The notes under the pieces: generated by a model | The model's input: the letters and a program-made list of their open reading frames with translations, nothing else | Told to the model about the DNA's origin: nothing | The model's database searches: none | Translations under genes and position numbers: made by a program | DNA from: Candidatus Heimdallarchaeota archaeon | GTDB lineage: Archaea; Asgardarchaeota; Heimdallarchaeia; Heimdallarchaeales; Heimdallarchaeaceae | Length of the DNA stretch: 61,500 nucleotides | Assembly: GCA_023270155.1 (NCBI GenBank) | Contig: JAGLTB010000003.1 | Span: forward strand, 1-61,500 | Reading direction: 5' to 3' | Shown here: piece after piece, positions 61,255 through 61,500 of the stretch | Layout of the letters: the number at the start of each line of letters is the position of its first letter | How positions within the stretch are numbered: the stretch's first letter is position 1

Positions 61255-61500
61255 ATGTTAGACGGTGAAAATACCACCCTACTCGAAATCGAGGAATTAC
61301 TAAGACACATGAAAATAGATGAAGTAGAATCAAAGCTTGTAGAATTTGAAAAAAAGAGCAATATTACAAAAGAAGAATCACTGAGAATTAAGCTGCTTAA
61401 GATTAAGCTCTTATTTGATACCAACAAATGGGGAGAAGGTTTAGATATTTTAGAAAAGATTTTACCAGAGTGCGAAAAAACTGAAAACAAGCTAATTTGG
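61255..61500 (+). CDS. Helical (TPR-like?) protein, 3'-partial
   Basis: The frame is open from the ATG at 61255 to the window end (MLDGENTTLLEIEELLRHMKIDEVESK...). The listed minus-strand ORF 61224-61490 is a Ser-rich shadow of this frame. Confidence 0.45.
   Translation, partial: MLDGENTTLLEIEELLRHMKIDEVESKLVEFEKKSNITKEESLRIKLLKIKLLFDTNKWGEGLDILEKILPECEKTENKLIW

Overview
AT-rich archaeal chromosomal segment with about 60 protein genes on both strands. I found no rRNA, tRNA or CRISPR array by eye. Archaeal housekeeping markers are present: type-2 IPP isomerase, CDP-alcohol phosphatidyltransferase, a TFS-type Zn ribbon, NFACT/Rqc2, AMMECR1, a THUMP/ThiI-like protein and an M50 site-2 protease. 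A Rab-like small GTPase, a SET-domain protein, an AT-hook protein and many coiled-coil proteins also occur. Together these suggest (inference only) an Asgard/Lokiarchaeia-type genome. Metabolic and transport content: a peptide ABC importer (two permease genes and two ATPase genes, no binding protein), gdhA, a REC-REC-PPDK_N signalling protein, a sulfotransferase/Fe-S/3beta-HSD-like cluster, and bacterial-looking sugar genes (GH2 beta-galactosidase, GH3 beta-glucosidase, MFS, aldo-keto reductase). Peptidase, HAD, MBL, Tag glycosylase and other single genes fill the rest. Most interesting items: (1) the peptide ABC operon is split by a 1.6-kb insert that carries a roughly 50% G+C, highly self-complementary RNA-like element bounded by 15-nt inverted repeats, plus an ORF whose helix pattern resembles a Zn-ribbon-less TFIIB/cyclin core. 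(2) A Rab-like GTPase fused to a coiled coil is co-transcribed with a coiled-coil protein and lies in a neighbourhood rich in coiled-coil, membrane and Zn-ribbon proteins. (3) Two tandem paralogous coiled-coil plus winged-helix genes. (4) An OppF-type ATPase carries an inserted transmembrane hairpin. (5) A 59-aa TRASH/YHS ORF is missing from the ORF track. All functional calls come from motif recognition by eye, and no database search was possible.
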